NCBI GenBank assembly: GCA_946965045.2
Contig: OX337230.1
Location: forward strand, 4,154,001 to 4,218,000
Reading direction: 5' to 3'
Origin: Epithemia pelagica
Taxonomy: Eukaryota; Protista; Bacillariophyta
Length of the DNA: 64,000 bases
The notes under the pieces were generated by a model that worked only from the letters and a program-made list of their open reading frames with translations, did no database searches and was not told the DNA's origin. A program made the translations under genes and the position numbers. This document shows positions 9,939 through 22,532 of this stretch, one piece after another; the stretch's first letter is position 1, and every line of letters begins with the position of its first letter.

Positions 9939-12900
9939 CACTGGTACTATTGCCTTGATCTGTCGTCGATGTAGTGGGATTCATTGTTCGATTTGAAGAT
10001 GCAGAAATACTAGAACCAGCCATCAAGTTCATTTGTTGTAGTTTGACCGCCTCAATGATGCAAGCATCACTATCTGACTGAAATGGGTCCTTGTCTTTGC
10101 CAAGACGACCCATGCATTCCATTTGTTCCTTGTCCCCTTCGTCCACGATATCAATGAGCACTACGTCATCGAATTTTTGTACCAAATCCAGATTAGAATC
10201 ACTGCATTTGTATTCGTATTCTGAACCAACAATCCCATCGTTCCCTTCGTCTTCATCAAGTTCAATTTGTTCCCGGGCCTTGTGGTGCTTCTGCATATCT
10301 TTTACACCCTTCAAAATGGTTTTCAGACGTTTCATATGACCTTGAGTGGTCCCTTCAGCAATGGAATCCCATACCGAGACTTCATCGGTTCCCTGCTCAT
10401 GTTCCTCAACAGCTTCATTTTGTTCTTCATTATCTTCGCCACTGCCGTAGTCAGTTCCATTGTTGTCTTCATCGTCATCGTCATCAACCACGGAGATTAC
10501 TTCCGCCTCTATTTCGGCCTGGGCCTCGTCTCTCTCTTGGCTTGAAGCTGTTCTTTGTTGGTTCTGCAGTTGCTCCTGTTGACTTATCTGGCGCTGTGTG
10601 GCATTACTCCTAGCTTGCTCCTCGGCCTTACCCCTGGTTTGCGCTTCGTCCTCGTTCTCTGTGGTGTGTTGAGATTTCTTTTTCAGGGTCATTTCATTAA
10701 CCTCAATCTCTCCACGAACCTTTCTTGTTACCATCTCCATGGTGCGAATCTCGAAATGTTTCTTGAGCTCGTTCCTCATCAATCTATTGCTATCAAACCA
10801 TGAGGAGAAAGAAAATATCCTCTCTTGGAAAGCGTTTGTAGAAGGCTTCGAGAGCCACACGAGGGCACTTGGGAAAATCATCCTGAAATTACTCTTGTTC
10901 GCCTGCCACCACTGTAAGACATCAAAATACTTGCCCACACTGTTGAAATCTTGATCATTACATGCCCGTCTGAACTTTTTCTTTTCTTGAGGCGTCCATT
11001 TTGGTGACTTTTCAGAAAAAAGAACGGTGGGATACTCCCTAATCAACGATTCCCAGGAACTGTGGATAATGCGCTGACAGTAATCCTTGAACCCCATGAA
11101 TTCGTTGTTACATTGTTCTCTAAAGCTCTTCTTCTGCTCGTCCAACGTGTTAAGATTGTTGTTTTCCACGCACGTGCTGTCTTCATTCTCTCCATGATTC
11201 CGAAAAATATTGAACACATCGTCATCATCCGAGTCGTCGTCTTCTATATCTACAACCTCCTCATTGGCTGTCTCGGCCATTGGGGCTGGTCCATTCATTG
11301 CCAACCTTTCAGGAGTGGAAAACTTTGCTACCATGTCATCAACAAATTGTTTTTGGATTCTGGAGACGTCGTAGTCGTCGTAGATCTTGATTTTTTTCAG
11401 GATGTACGGTGCCATGTAGCAGAGAAACGGATGACCGCAGATAGCATTCTCTGCATGGACGTCGTCACCATTCATCATGTAGGTGCGAAATTCACGTAGA
11501 AGCCGGTTAATAAGCATCCGTGAGGCGGGCAGTAAATCTGCAAACTTGATATTTTTCCTTTTGGAACGGAGTTTCTCTATGGTTAACCTGGCATCCCAAC
11601 GTTGGAACTCTGTGTCTAGTTCTGTGGGGTTCACAAGCAGAACAGAGACACCGTTGTCTTTGTGATATTTAATTCCATGATGGCAACCAAAGATTTCCAG
11701 CAAAGAGCCTGCAGCAGAGGAAGGATCATCTGCTTGTAAGGACATGGCGCATTTCTTGAGTGGAGAAAGAATTCCTTCGAATTCTGCTATGGCCTGCCAG
11801 TCCTCCTTGGACAGATAATTTTCGCGGAAGTCTTTGTCTACAGAAAACTCTTGTGAATTGTAGTCATCCATGACGTACTTATCACGTAGGAGATCATGGA
11901 ATGTGAGAGCGCATCCGAGAACCCTGGTTGTGTTCGGCATACGGATCTCCACTACAACTTGGTGATTTTTTGTTGCGTAGTCCCTCAATGCCTGGAATCT
12001 CTTCTTTCTCTTCGTCATCAGGATTGAAGCTAACTTCAAGGCTTTCTTGTATGTGTCCACAAATCCGGGAAACTGGTCGATTACCCTTCCCCCCCTTCGT
12101 CGTATAGCCAAGCCGGTGGCGTGCTTAAGAATTAATTCCGCACGATGCATATCGCACTTTCCTCCAGTCTGATTTCCCACAATGTACTTTCCGGCAAGGA
12201 CTGCCGAATTTGTATTGTCGTTGACGGAAGAGGAGAGGTCAGACTGCGTAATTCCAACGGTTGTGAGGATTTTTAGTGTGTGAGTCGCCACTTGGGCTGC
12301 TGTGTGGCCGTCTGTTTCGCAGAGACCTACGGGAATCTTGTAAAACACGCAATTCCTGGGGTCAATCAGCATTAGGCACAATCCAAGGATGTCTTTTCGA
12401 TGGCCTTGCCATATGTCATGACAAATTGTGGCGAAGGGAATTGTTTTGCCACAAATTAGCTTGTAGGCCATCCGGACATTCAGGCATAGGGAGGAAACAG
12501 TTTGGAGAAAATTGTTGTAGGAATCAAGTCGCTTGCGTATGATGGCTTTGTTGCTCATGACACAATCTTTTGTCGACAGCTTCTGGGCGTTAAGAATGGC
12601 GAATTCCAGCATAGCTCGGAAGGACTTCTTTTCCACTGTTGAAGTGGGTAAGCCGTTGTCGTTGACAAACTGGTAGATTGATTGTTGAAACTTGATTCTA
12701 GCCTCGTCCTTTGACATCATGGAACCCTTGTAGGATGTCATAAGTGGTTGGTTGCTTTCTACATTGGACTTCGGTCCAATTTTTTTTTCGTTCCATTTCT
12801 TCTTTCACATGCGGGTGGAAAGAATCCATATGTTGGCTAACATTCGAAGAGGAGCCACTTTTCTTCTGCTTGCTGACACCACAGAGGATGGTAGAGGCGA

Positions 12901-13555
12901 AAAAAGACTTCTCTGGGTCTTCAAAGCAAATCGGGCACACCACAAGACGCTTACATATGGATCCCCATGACTTTTTGGGTGCTGTTGGGTCCTCTTTTGA
13001 TGCTTGGTTGAGTACAGCAAAGCATCGAGAAATACCTTCCATTTTGCTAACTTCTTTGGTGTCAAGTCTTGCTTGTAATTCTGTTAACTGGCAAAAGTCC
13101 AAGTGTCTCACTGTTCCCCAGTCGGTATTCAGATTCTTGAAATGCTCTCTCGGTGGACTTTTGAGGAAGGGGACATAGTCTTTCTCTTTCTTGATTTCTT
13201 GATGAATTGCTTCGGTTTGTTGGGCTTGGGTAGGGTGTTGCCTATTCTGTTGATTGTTGTTCCCTTGGGGGGCTAAAGCAGCGGGTGGGTTCTCGTCTTG
13301 CTGTGCAGGTGGAGGGTCTGGGTTCTCTGCTTGTGTGGGATGAGCCGGGGGTGTCTCCTCTTGTTCTGCCATCGTCGGTTGTGTTGACATGATGGTAGAT
13401 CCAGACAGGGTGGACAAGGATGCTGGGCTTTGAAGATGATTAAGAGGCACAATCAAGCCAGACACCATGTGTTGCAAGTTGCAAGCTGCAACAGACAATG
13501 AACTGTTGAAGGATTGGTGGATGGACGGTAGAGGTGAGAGGTAAGAGAGTGTCAC
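9939..13555 (-). mobile_element. hAT-family transposase (BED-type Zn finger + DDE + C-terminal dimerisation domain), frameshifted at an A9 run (12780-12788) and interrupted by the Copia
   Basis: CPICF...SNVSQHMDSFHP BED-like finger in 12698-13555; ICHDIW and VNDNT Asp motifs; QWWQAN...PSTNAFQERIFS hAT C-terminal motif. Deleting one A joins the two ORFs (RKKIGPKSNVESNQPLMTSYKG). Confidence 0.85.
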
Positions 13556-13619
13556 AAGTCACAAAGATGAGGCGGTTGAAGGTAGGGTCACTGTGTGATA
13601 TTGTATAGAAACGTAATTC

Positions 13620-14001
13620 ACATGACACATTGGGGGGAGAATGGTAATTCCATCTGTGCGTAGGAGAAAATTGATTGGATTCTCAAATTCTTATAGTGAG
13701 TAAGAAGGAATTGGATTGGATTGGGAATTGATATCGTCTGATAAAGTGAATTGAATGGAATTGGGAAGTGTCTATTTTAGAGAATTGGGAATTGAATTAG
13801 GGAATTGACATTCCCCGTCTGAGATGATGAGACTTGAATCGGAATAGTGAATCCAAGAAAAAATCGGTATTGAGTTGAGTGGATTGTGAAATTCAATGAA
13901 AGTAAAGGAGGAGGATTTCAATTGAATGGCTTAATTCAAGCTAAATTTAAGTTACATTCCCTAAAGTCATTAAAGTCCCACTTTTTGAATTCCAGACCCT
14001 G
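13620..14001 (-). repeat. Candidate hAT terminus and subterminal repeat region
   Basis: Dense GAATTG/GATTGG short repeats. The minus strand from 14001 reads CAGGGTCTGGAATTCAAAAAG, and CAGGG is a typical hAT TIR start. The partner TIR must lie left of the window. Confidence 0.5.
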
Positions 14002-14237
14002 CTCGTAAGTCGTAAGGTTATAGATTATTGCATCGGGAATATACTGACCCAACTGCGACTTGGACCACTTCCGCTGGGGAATACCAATCGTTTCATCCGA
14101 CTCGTTTCCCGACCGACGGACTGACGGTGGCCGCAGATGGTTTGGGTGACATATATGTGCGCCTGTCTTTTGTTTGCGGTCCGGGGGACCATGACGACGA
14201 CGAGGATGGCACAACAACACGGTTTGCTGCGAACCAT

Positions 14238-15234
14238 GGCGCCTTTTTGTTCCAAGACGACGACCCAATGACACGACCCTTCGACGACGACGACGAGTCT
14301 GCCGCTTCCTTGTGGCTGTACTACTAGCTGTGCTAGTGTTTCGAGACCACCACCAACAGTGTGCCGACAAGCCCAGCAAGTGTTTGTGGTCAATGGTCGT
14401 CAAGGCATGGAGCTTTCATCAACCTCGTCGTTCTACTTTGGTGAGAAGAGGGAGACCACCTTGGGATCATCATTCCTTCCACCACCGCAACAACAGGGAA
14501 CAAGGACAACGAGTAATTGTCTTGCAGCAGCAGCAATTGGATTCGACCAACCCCATCACTTCCTCATCATCCTCATCATCATCGTCGTCGTCCATGAATG
14601 TCTCCCCCAATGCAACAACAACAACAACAACAACAATAACAAGGTTATCTAAAACGGCACGGCACTTGATTCAACAAGCCAGTAAGTGGCAAGCACAGGC
14701 TGCGGAATTGAGAGTCCAAGCACGGGCCCTGGAAACCCAATTGGACCACGTTCGATCGCAGCAACCACCGCCACCAGCACAACCAAACAACACCACGACG
14801 ACGACGACGACAACGACAAAGGCACAACAACTGGTGCAAACCGTGTTTGCGGCACGGCCCTTGCTTGACACCGCAAGCCATTGCCAAGCCTTGCAAGTAG
14901 AACGAGATCGACATTTCAACAACACGTCTTGACGGAAACCAACTTTGGCTGTTTGTCGTCGGACGTGACAACCCGAGCCGCCTTGTTTCGAGGACGTCTG
15001 AAACCACGGTCCGGAGGAGAACTGAAAGGAGAAGGACCATCGGAACAAGCCTATCAAACCTTGTACGACGACATCCTGAGAGAGGGATGGCATGCCGATA
15101 TTGGGAAACGACCGAGCTTTTTGAAATTGGGCAATGCGTTGCGAACCATCTTGGATACGGAAAGTGGCGAACATCGAGAGACCGTGTCAGACATTTCGAG
15201 TGAAATTTTTCGACTGACCCACAACCAACAATAA
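14238..15234 (+). pseudogene. Chimeric pseudogene: internally deleted copy of the 23033-25435 gene fused to a protein-kinase C-terminal fragment
   Basis: Similar to 23031-~23600, then jumps to ~24177-24340 (TTTCAACAACACGTC...TACGACGAC). After 15072 it reads ILREGWHADIGKRPSFLKLGNALRTIL, resembling kinase subdomain XI. Confidence 0.7.
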
Positions 15235-15570
15235 GCAATCCTGGCCGATTAATAAGAAGGATTGTGGCAAGCCGTGTCCGTAGAATCTGCTATGACACGT
15301 TGCTCCGGCCTGGTTTGTGTGTGAGCAAGTCGCGATTGCTAGAATATCTGTAGGCAACTGTGTTTGTTGACAATCAATGATTGGGGTATACAAGAGAGAG
15401 GGGGACATGGTCGACAATGCCTTTTCGTCTTGTGACGGAATACGTGTATTAGGAGTATAAATTGGCTAGCTATATAATTATACCAAAAAACAACATGAGC
15501 TATTATGGGCTTTTGCATTGATTGTGGTCGTCACCCAGAAGTTGTGAATGTCCGCAAACGCCTAATTCTA

Positions 15571-16785
15571 TCACAACAAACAACAACAAAAACAACTGTC
15601 ATCCTTCCGTTTCGCACTGTAGATATTGGTTGCTTTATTGGCATCTCGGATACGTCCCATTTCGTTCCATTGGTGGTACCATCCGTTTGGTTGCTGCTCA
15701 CAGAGTCGTTGAAAGAACCACGAATTCTTGTCCATGAGTGGCAGTGTCAAACAGGTAGAATTCTCAAATCCACCAATAATGGCAACTTGATTGGCCACTG
15801 TCACCATACTGCAGCCATCAAGGCGATTTTCTAGTGATGGGAGATTCCACAAGAGGTTGCGGTTCGTATCCAATACTTCCACGGTTCGACGAAATCGTCC
15901 CGCCACAACCAGACAGGATCCAACGGCAACCCCTGCACAAGAGAAACCTCGTGTATCGGAAAGCACCGTATCTGAATGAGTCCTCGTATCTGAATGAGTC
16001 CTCCAAGTAGATGAGAAGGAAAAGACTTCATCATCTTTCTTTGCCTTTGTCTTCTTCTTCTTCTTGCCGTAAGTCTTTGCAAATTCCAAATACTCCCCCG
16101 ACTCATCCTCACAGCCTCCACCTACAAAGATGCGGTGGCCAACGACCGCACTGGCATACCACAATCGTGGAACTTTCATCGATGGTCCCGCAGTGACAGT
16201 ATGATTTCTAGCATCAATCATGTCCACCGACGACAAAATACGCCTGTTCCTGCCACCCATTACAACAATATAGCGATTGTGAACCGCAACAGCACAACAT
16301 CCATATCGTCCCGGTGATAATCGACATTTCAATGTTGTCCAATAACTCTCTTGTGTGGTTCTTGTTGTGAAAGATGACTGTAGCAAATCATTGGAATCAA
16401 TCCGTTCCATACAATCCAAATATCCTCCTTCGTCATTGTGTCCTCCCATCACGTAGATGCTTCCGTTGCACACAACAGCGGCATGATGCTGACGTTTCTG
16501 GTTCATGGGTGGCCCTTCTCGCCACTGCTTGTTGGATTCTGCTAAATTCAATACAAGAACGGAATTGACAAAGCCTTTGCCTCGTTGTCGTCCTCCCAAC
16601 ACAACAACCGTCTGCCCCTTGTTGTTGGTATCGTTGTTCTTGTCGGGATGGTTCAGTACGACCGAAGCATGTCCCTTACGCCATCCACCCACAAGAGGAG
16701 GCCAATCGGTGTCATTCCATTCTGCTGTCTCGTCCAAAAGGACAAGGCCCGACTGCCATGCTTCTTCTTGCAGTGTCATGCTCAT
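15571..16785 (-). CDS. Kelch-repeat protein (paralog 1)
   Basis: Repeated GG-containing Kelch motifs (VVVLGG, IYVMGG, IVVMGG, IFVGG, VAIIGG) with R/H-x-x-x-A-V spacing; 404 aa, intronless. Confidence 0.9.
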   Translation of the reverse strand: MSMTLQEEAWQSGLVLLDETAEWNDTDWPPLVGGWRKGHASVVLNHPDKNNDTNNKGQTVVVLGGRQRGKGFVNSVLVLNLAESNKQWREGPPMNQKRQHHAAVVCNGSIYVMGGHNDEGGYLDCMERIDSNDLLQSSFTTRTTQESYWTTLKCRLSPGRYGCCAVAVHNRYIVVMGGRNRRILSSVDMIDARNHTVTAGPSMKVPRLWYASAVVGHRIFVGGGCEDESGEYLEFAKTYGKKKKKTKAKKDDEVFSFSSTWRTHSDTRTHSDTVLSDTRGFSCAGVAVGSCLVVAGRFRRTVEVLDTNRNLLWNLPSLENRLDGCSMVTVANQVAIIGGFENSTCLTLPLMDKNSWFFQRLCEQQPNGWYHQWNEMGRIRDANKATNIYSAKRKDDSCFCCCLL

Positions 16786-17544
16786 GGTTCCAAACGTTCA
16801 CTGCAGAATTTATGATTCTAGGTAGTGGGCTTGCTGTGCTCTGCGGTGATGCGCGCTGATTCTGATGGGTGCGGACCGGAAGTCGCACGACTGATGCGAT
16901 TTCACGAGCAATATGGATGGACAAAAAGAAAAAGATGGAACGGTAGGTGTCTGTCGGTTGTAGGAGTAATGACCGATTGAAAACAGAACACAGATAGAGG
17001 GAACCTATCCGACAAAATGACGATACTCCGTAGATGATGCGGCACAAAACAAAGTATAGGAGATGACGTGCCGTTGCCATGGTCGGCCTCCGTGCATTCC
17101 CAGCGCGGCACAACAGAGTACTCGTATATCCGGGTTGTATAAATAATATTCAGGTTTTCCGCGACCGACTCTGTGTTGCAATAAAATACTACTCTCTAGC
17201 GGCATAGAGTGTGATTCTTTCGGTTTGTTTGTGAATCATTATCATCCAGGACTATTCAATGAGATAGGAAGTAATTAATCCATCGAAAAATTCTCTGAAT
17301 TCCTTGGAGCGAGAGGAGCTTTGTATACACATGTACAACAGAATCTTGGTCGACAATGTCTGAGTTGCGAACGGCAGTTAAGGCTGCTTCGACACTTGAA
17401 GCACTTGCGAAAATTGAAACTCGCCGGATTGCGACGAATGGCTTTCCGACTTGACAACGTGATAGCTTACAGAAGGCCTCCGTCATCTCACAGAAGAACT
17501 CCGTCATTGAGAGACTGTCTCTTGTTTCCGAGCTGCGATAGGCG

Positions 17545-19100
17545 TTGGCAACCGTTGAATATCACGGTGCAACTGGTAGTTCCGACCATCCACACGCCGA
17601 CAGCAAAGAGTCCAACTTTGATTTCACCCCAGTTGAGGAAACCCTTGAGATTATTTCGGATACGAATGGTCTTTCATTTGGCGAGCAGCTACACAAGGCC
17701 CCGGTGAAGGGATCATGCAGAAAGGCTCCTCTTGTCGGTTTGAACGAAGCGGACGTCCAGACGGTTGTACACGCAATTCGTCATGATGCCGTCCACATGT
17801 GCAGCATCATGCTAGGACTTGACAACGACGACGGTAACATATTGGTTGTGTCCAGAGAAGCAAATTTGTTTGCCAATCGACCGGATCATTATACGGTGTA
17901 CTTCTTCTTGAGTAGCCGCAGACGCCGAGTGCCTGTGGTGACGGTCCAAGATCAACCGGGAGACACGGCGGTCGACGACATTCGAGTTCACGGTCAAAAA
18001 TTCGACCAGCTGCTCAAGACTGTGCTTTGGAAGCATAATGGAAATACCATTGGCGCCATTACGTCTATCAAGAAAACCCGCATTGCTTGGATTGGGGATG
18101 AGGCGAACCGCATTGTGGAGGGGGTTCCTTTCTCTCCATGGAAAAGCTGCGCGAATACAGGAACCGATTGCTACCAAGGGACGGGGTGCCAGAAGAGAAG
18201 TCTTCATCGCCAAGGAAAAAGGAAGACAGCGGTATCCAGATGCAAGTTCCAGCAACACCTCATCGTAACGCGAAAAAGCCCCGAATCGAGGAGGCCAAGC
18301 GAGAATTGGTTTTGTCGCGTCCTTTCCCAGCGGAAGATCTCCTCTATGTGTTCTGCAATCTTATTATTGCTGGTATCCTTGTTCATGATCCCGATACCGT
18401 GCCATTCACTTTTCCGAACAGCAACACGGTAGTGGACATTCCGGCATGTGTGGTACTTTATCCAGGCCGAAAGGCGCCCATGCTGGAACGCCTGGCAACA
18501 ATTGTTCGTGGGCCGGCAACGAAACCTTGTTTTTCGGGACTTGCGAGAAAGGCCGCCCGTTTTGTGGGTATGGTTCCGTCGCCCAAATATTTTCTGGTGG
18601 AACGGCTTGGCTTGGGTTCGACGTGGAACGTGTTTCGAGCCGTGACGGATACGGGGCATGATTGTGTGGTGAAACTGTACATTCGCGAGTACCGGTATGG
18701 GCAAAAGATTACCGATTTTGATTCCAAAGGCTGGGAGGCCGTGTCACGCGAAGAATGGATGTACCACAACGTATATCCAGAGCTTGCTGCGGAACATGTA
18801 TGGGTCGAAAAACTGTGCGGCGGGCACTGCTTGATTCTTCCGTTTTTGGAACCTGTGCCCAAGGCTGATCGAGAATCGAACGTAGCCAATGTTGGCGCAC
18901 TCTACCAACAAAAATGTGTGAGTCGGGGATATCGTATCCAAAAGGAGCATGTAGGTTGGGGACACATTTGCATGTTCTCCAAGAAACTCTACCTGTATAG
19001 TCTGGGCAGCGTGGAAACGAGTACTGATGGAGTAGAACAGAATGAGCTGCAGAACATTCTTATAGAGAGAGCGACTCTGGATGCCACCGAGATATTCTAA
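17545..19100 (+). pseudogene. Crinkler-like/degenerate kinase-domain protein, frameshifted near 18120-18138
   Basis: Overlapping ORFs 17545-18432 and 18138-19100 in different frames. The C-terminal part has a Gly loop (LGLGSTWNVF) and CVVK Lys but a degenerate catalytic loop. Confidence 0.5.
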
Positions 19101-19741
19101 TGCTTTCAACGTCAGGACCCGTCACATGAAAGACTTTGGCAAAGAGTCTCCACGATCGTGTTCGACAAGAAGTGGGTGGACACTATACCGTATCGTGTTG
19201 TTTCATGTAGTAAATACCGTCTATAGCCCGAGACGGGCAAATGAAGAAGGGCACTTTGGGTGATAAAATCTCTTGGGTAAAATCATTTTGTGTGTGTACT
19301 ATTGGATCGAACGATATAGACCGATTCCGAATCATTTTGTAAGATTCGTCCACTGTTTTTTTTTCGTCGTATCAGAAAAAGACAGCCAATGTGGTCTTAT
19401 ATTAGTAGAATGGCGGAGCCCACTAGCTGTTGGGAACCCGTCCCTGTTGCTATCGGTTCTTTGGTGATGCGGGAAGCCCTCTCTCACTCTCATGTCGTTT
19501 GGATTCTTTGCAAATTGTGAGGTGCTTCCGAGTTGCTACAATACCTGGGGGGCTTGAGTCGTGGGTGACTCGCCGGATCAGTCCCGGATCTGCCGTTCGG
19601 AAGAAAGGCGCGAGACTTCGTTTGCGCAAGAGAGAGAGATCAAAAAGAAACCCTATATAGACGACGATCCGCAACGGACGCCGCATTGCGCAGAACCAAA
19701 GCTCACCAACCACTTCATACAAACCACTCGCAATCATCATC

Positions 19742-20767
19742 ATGACGATTCCGTTGTATCCCGATTATGTCATGGCTCAAGACTTGTCTCCAGACGCCTT
19801 TGGATCGGCCGTCGATCAAGCCTGTGAGGAAATTGAGTCGGCCACCAAGGGATTGGGGGCGAATCGGCAACGAGTGATTGACGCCTTGGCGACACAAGAT
19901 CCGACGGAACGTGCCAAGATTAGTATGCGGTACATGGAATTGTATGGATGTGATCACAAACGATTCAAAACCATGGCCGATCTCATGGCCAAGGAATTTT
20001 CGGGCGATTTAGGCGACGCCCTGGAATTTCTCGCATTGCCCGCGCACGAGGCGGAATGTCTCATGATTCGCAAGGCCACCAAAGGATTGGGCGCCAATGT
20101 CAGTGTCGTGTGGTCCATTGTGGCGGGACGGACCAACGACGAAATGGAATTGCTCAAAAAGACGTATTTTCGCATGTTTGACAAGGATTTGGGCAAAGTG
20201 CTGGCCAGTGAATTGCATGGCAATATGGAACGATTGTGCTTCAATTGTTTGCAAGCCGCCGAACAAGCCTACGATCCCGAATTTCATACCATGGACAAGG
20301 CTCGAGAAGATGCCGAAACCATTCATGCCAAGGGACAAGGACGCATGGGCACGGACGAAAAGGGTATTTTCAAAGTCTTGTGTGCGGCACCGCCCGAACA
20401 TTTGCAAAACATTAACACGGTGTATGCGGAAAAATATGGCTATACGCTTTGGAAAGCCATGGAAAAGGAATTGGGTGGCATGGGAGAAAAGAATTTGCGA
20501 CAAGCGACCTTGTATCTGATTGGCATGAAGGAACGGCCGCACGAAACCATGGCCAAATTGCTCGATCAAGCTTGTCGAGGCTTTGGCACAGATGAATTGC
20601 TCTTGACGTGTAGCTTGATTCGCTTCCAACCGCACATGGGTAATGTCTATACAGCCTTTTTGGAAGAATATGGCAAGGGCATTCATGATTTGATCCGAGC
20701 CGAAGTGGGGGGCAAACACAAAACCTTGCTCTTGACCATTCTCAATGCCGTCTGGCCCGAACCCTAA
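19742..20767 (+). CDS. Annexin
   Basis: Four annexin repeats (ATKGLGAN x2, GQGRMGTDE, CRGFGTDE); 341 aa. Confidence 0.95.
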   Translation: MTIPLYPDYVMAQDLSPDAFGSAVDQACEEIESATKGLGANRQRVIDALATQDPTERAKISMRYMELYGCDHKRFKTMADLMAKEFSGDLGDALEFLALPAHEAECLMIRKATKGLGANVSVVWSIVAGRTNDEMELLKKTYFRMFDKDLGKVLASELHGNMERLCFNCLQAAEQAYDPEFHTMDKAREDAETIHAKGQGRMGTDEKGIFKVLCAAPPEHLQNINTVYAEKYGYTLWKAMEKELGGMGEKNLRQATLYLIGMKERPHETMAKLLDQACRGFGTDELLLTCSLIRFQPHMGNVYTAFLEEYGKGIHDLIRAEVGGKHKTLLLTILNAVWPEP

Positions 20768-21344
20768 CCATCTCCTTTCATACACGGTAGTCCTACACAA
20801 CATACCTCACTCTCCCTCTTGTGTGTGGCGTCGGTCCAGGGAGTTGACGATTCATGGTTTCGGTGTCTCGTCTTCTAGAGAAGTACTTTTTGTAGTCTGC
20901 TCTAGTCAAAGTGCACCCCACCTCTGTATACTACCTACCACTCTACTAGCTACAACCACTTCCAATTTCCCCCTGTATTGTCTCGATGGCGTTGTTGTTT
21001 GAATCGATGATCGAATATAGGAGAAGCTTTCTGGATCTGCTACCTATTGTACAGCTATACTACGCCCTAGATGAGGTGCACGCAGTGCAACTACGTTTCA
21101 TCGATGTGGTCTTGCATTTTCTCGTGACAAGAATGAGACGCACAAACGTTTGCCGTAGGCTATGATGCAAAGCTATTAGCGCAACGAATGGGCACATTGT
21201 CCTCGAACAGTTGACTTGTGTTTACTACAACATGTTGTTTTCTTTGGAGATCATGCGAATCCTATACTAGTTACTTCGTCCGTAAGGGTAACCAATCACT
21301 GCAATGTACTCGGCAAACGCCCAATTCTATCACAACAACCCACA

Positions 21345-22532
21345 TCAAACACAAGTGTCATCCTTCCATTTAGCACGTTCGATAATGGTTGCCGCAGTGG
21401 CATCTCGGATACGTCCCATTTCGTTCCATTGGTGATACCATCCGTTTGGTTGCTGCTCACAGAGTCGTTGAAAGCACCACGAATTCTTGTCCATGAGTGG
21501 AAGTGTCGCACAGGTAGAATTCCCTTCTCCACCAATAATGGCAACTTGATTGGCCACCGTTACCATACTGCAGCCATAGAGGCCATTTTCTAGTGATGGG
21601 AGATTCCACAAGAGGTTGCGGTTCGTATCCAATACTTCCACGGTTGGATGTTCTCCCGCCACAACCAGACAGGATCCAACGGCAACCACTGCACAAGAAA
21701 AATTTCGTGTTTCGGGACGCACCATATCGGAATGAGTGCTCCAAGTAGACGCGAACGAAAGGACTGTAGAAGCAGTCTCCTCCTTTTTATCCGCACTGCC
21801 CTGAGGCTTTGAAAAGTCCAAATATTCCAACGAGTCAAGTTTGTCGTTCCTGTTGATATCTTCTCCACCGACAATGATGCGGTGGCCAACGACCGCACCG
21901 GCACACCACACTCGTGGAACGTTCATGGATGGTCCCTCAACCACAGTGTGATTGCTGGTATCAATAATCTCAACCGACGACAAATGACGCCAGTTACAGC
22001 CACCCATTACAACAATATATCGATTGTGAACCGCAACAGCACAACATCCTGTTCGTTCTGTTGATAGTCGACAATTCAATGTTGTCCAATAACTCTCGTG
22101 TGTGCTGCTTGTTGTGAAAAATGATTGTAGCAAATCATTGGAATCAATCCGTTCCATACAATCCAAATATACTCCTTCGTCATTGTGTCCTCCCATCACG
22201 TAGATGCTTCCGTTGCACACAACAGCGGCATGATGCTGACGTTTCTGGTTCATGGGTGGCCCTTCTCGCCACTGCTTGTTGGATTCTGCTAAATTCAATA
22301 CAAGAACGGAATTGACAAAGCCTTTGCCTCGTTGTCGTCCTCCCAACACAACAACCGTCTGCCCCTTGTTGTTGGTATCGTTGTTCTTGTCGGGATGGTT
22401 CAGTACGACCGAAGCATGTCCCTCACGCCATCCACCCACAAGAGGAGGCCAATCGGTGTCATTCCATTCTGCTGTCTCGTCCAAAAGGACAAGGCCCGAC
22501 TGCCATGCTTCTTCTTGCAGTGTCATGCTCAT
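21345..22532 (-). CDS. Kelch-repeat protein (paralog 2)
   Basis: 395 aa; first ~135 aa almost identical to 15571-16785. Confidence 0.9.
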   Translation of the reverse strand: MSMTLQEEAWQSGLVLLDETAEWNDTDWPPLVGGWREGHASVVLNHPDKNNDTNNKGQTVVVLGGRQRGKGFVNSVLVLNLAESNKQWREGPPMNQKRQHHAAVVCNGSIYVMGGHNDEGVYLDCMERIDSNDLLQSFFTTSSTHESYWTTLNCRLSTERTGCCAVAVHNRYIVVMGGCNWRHLSSVEIIDTSNHTVVEGPSMNVPRVWCAGAVVGHRIIVGGEDINRNDKLDSLEYLDFSKPQGSADKKEETASTVLSFASTWSTHSDMVRPETRNFSCAVVAVGSCLVVAGEHPTVEVLDTNRNLLWNLPSLENGLYGCSMVTVANQVAIIGGEGNSTCATLPLMDKNSWCFQRLCEQQPNGWYHQWNEMGRIRDATAATIIERAKWKDDTCV

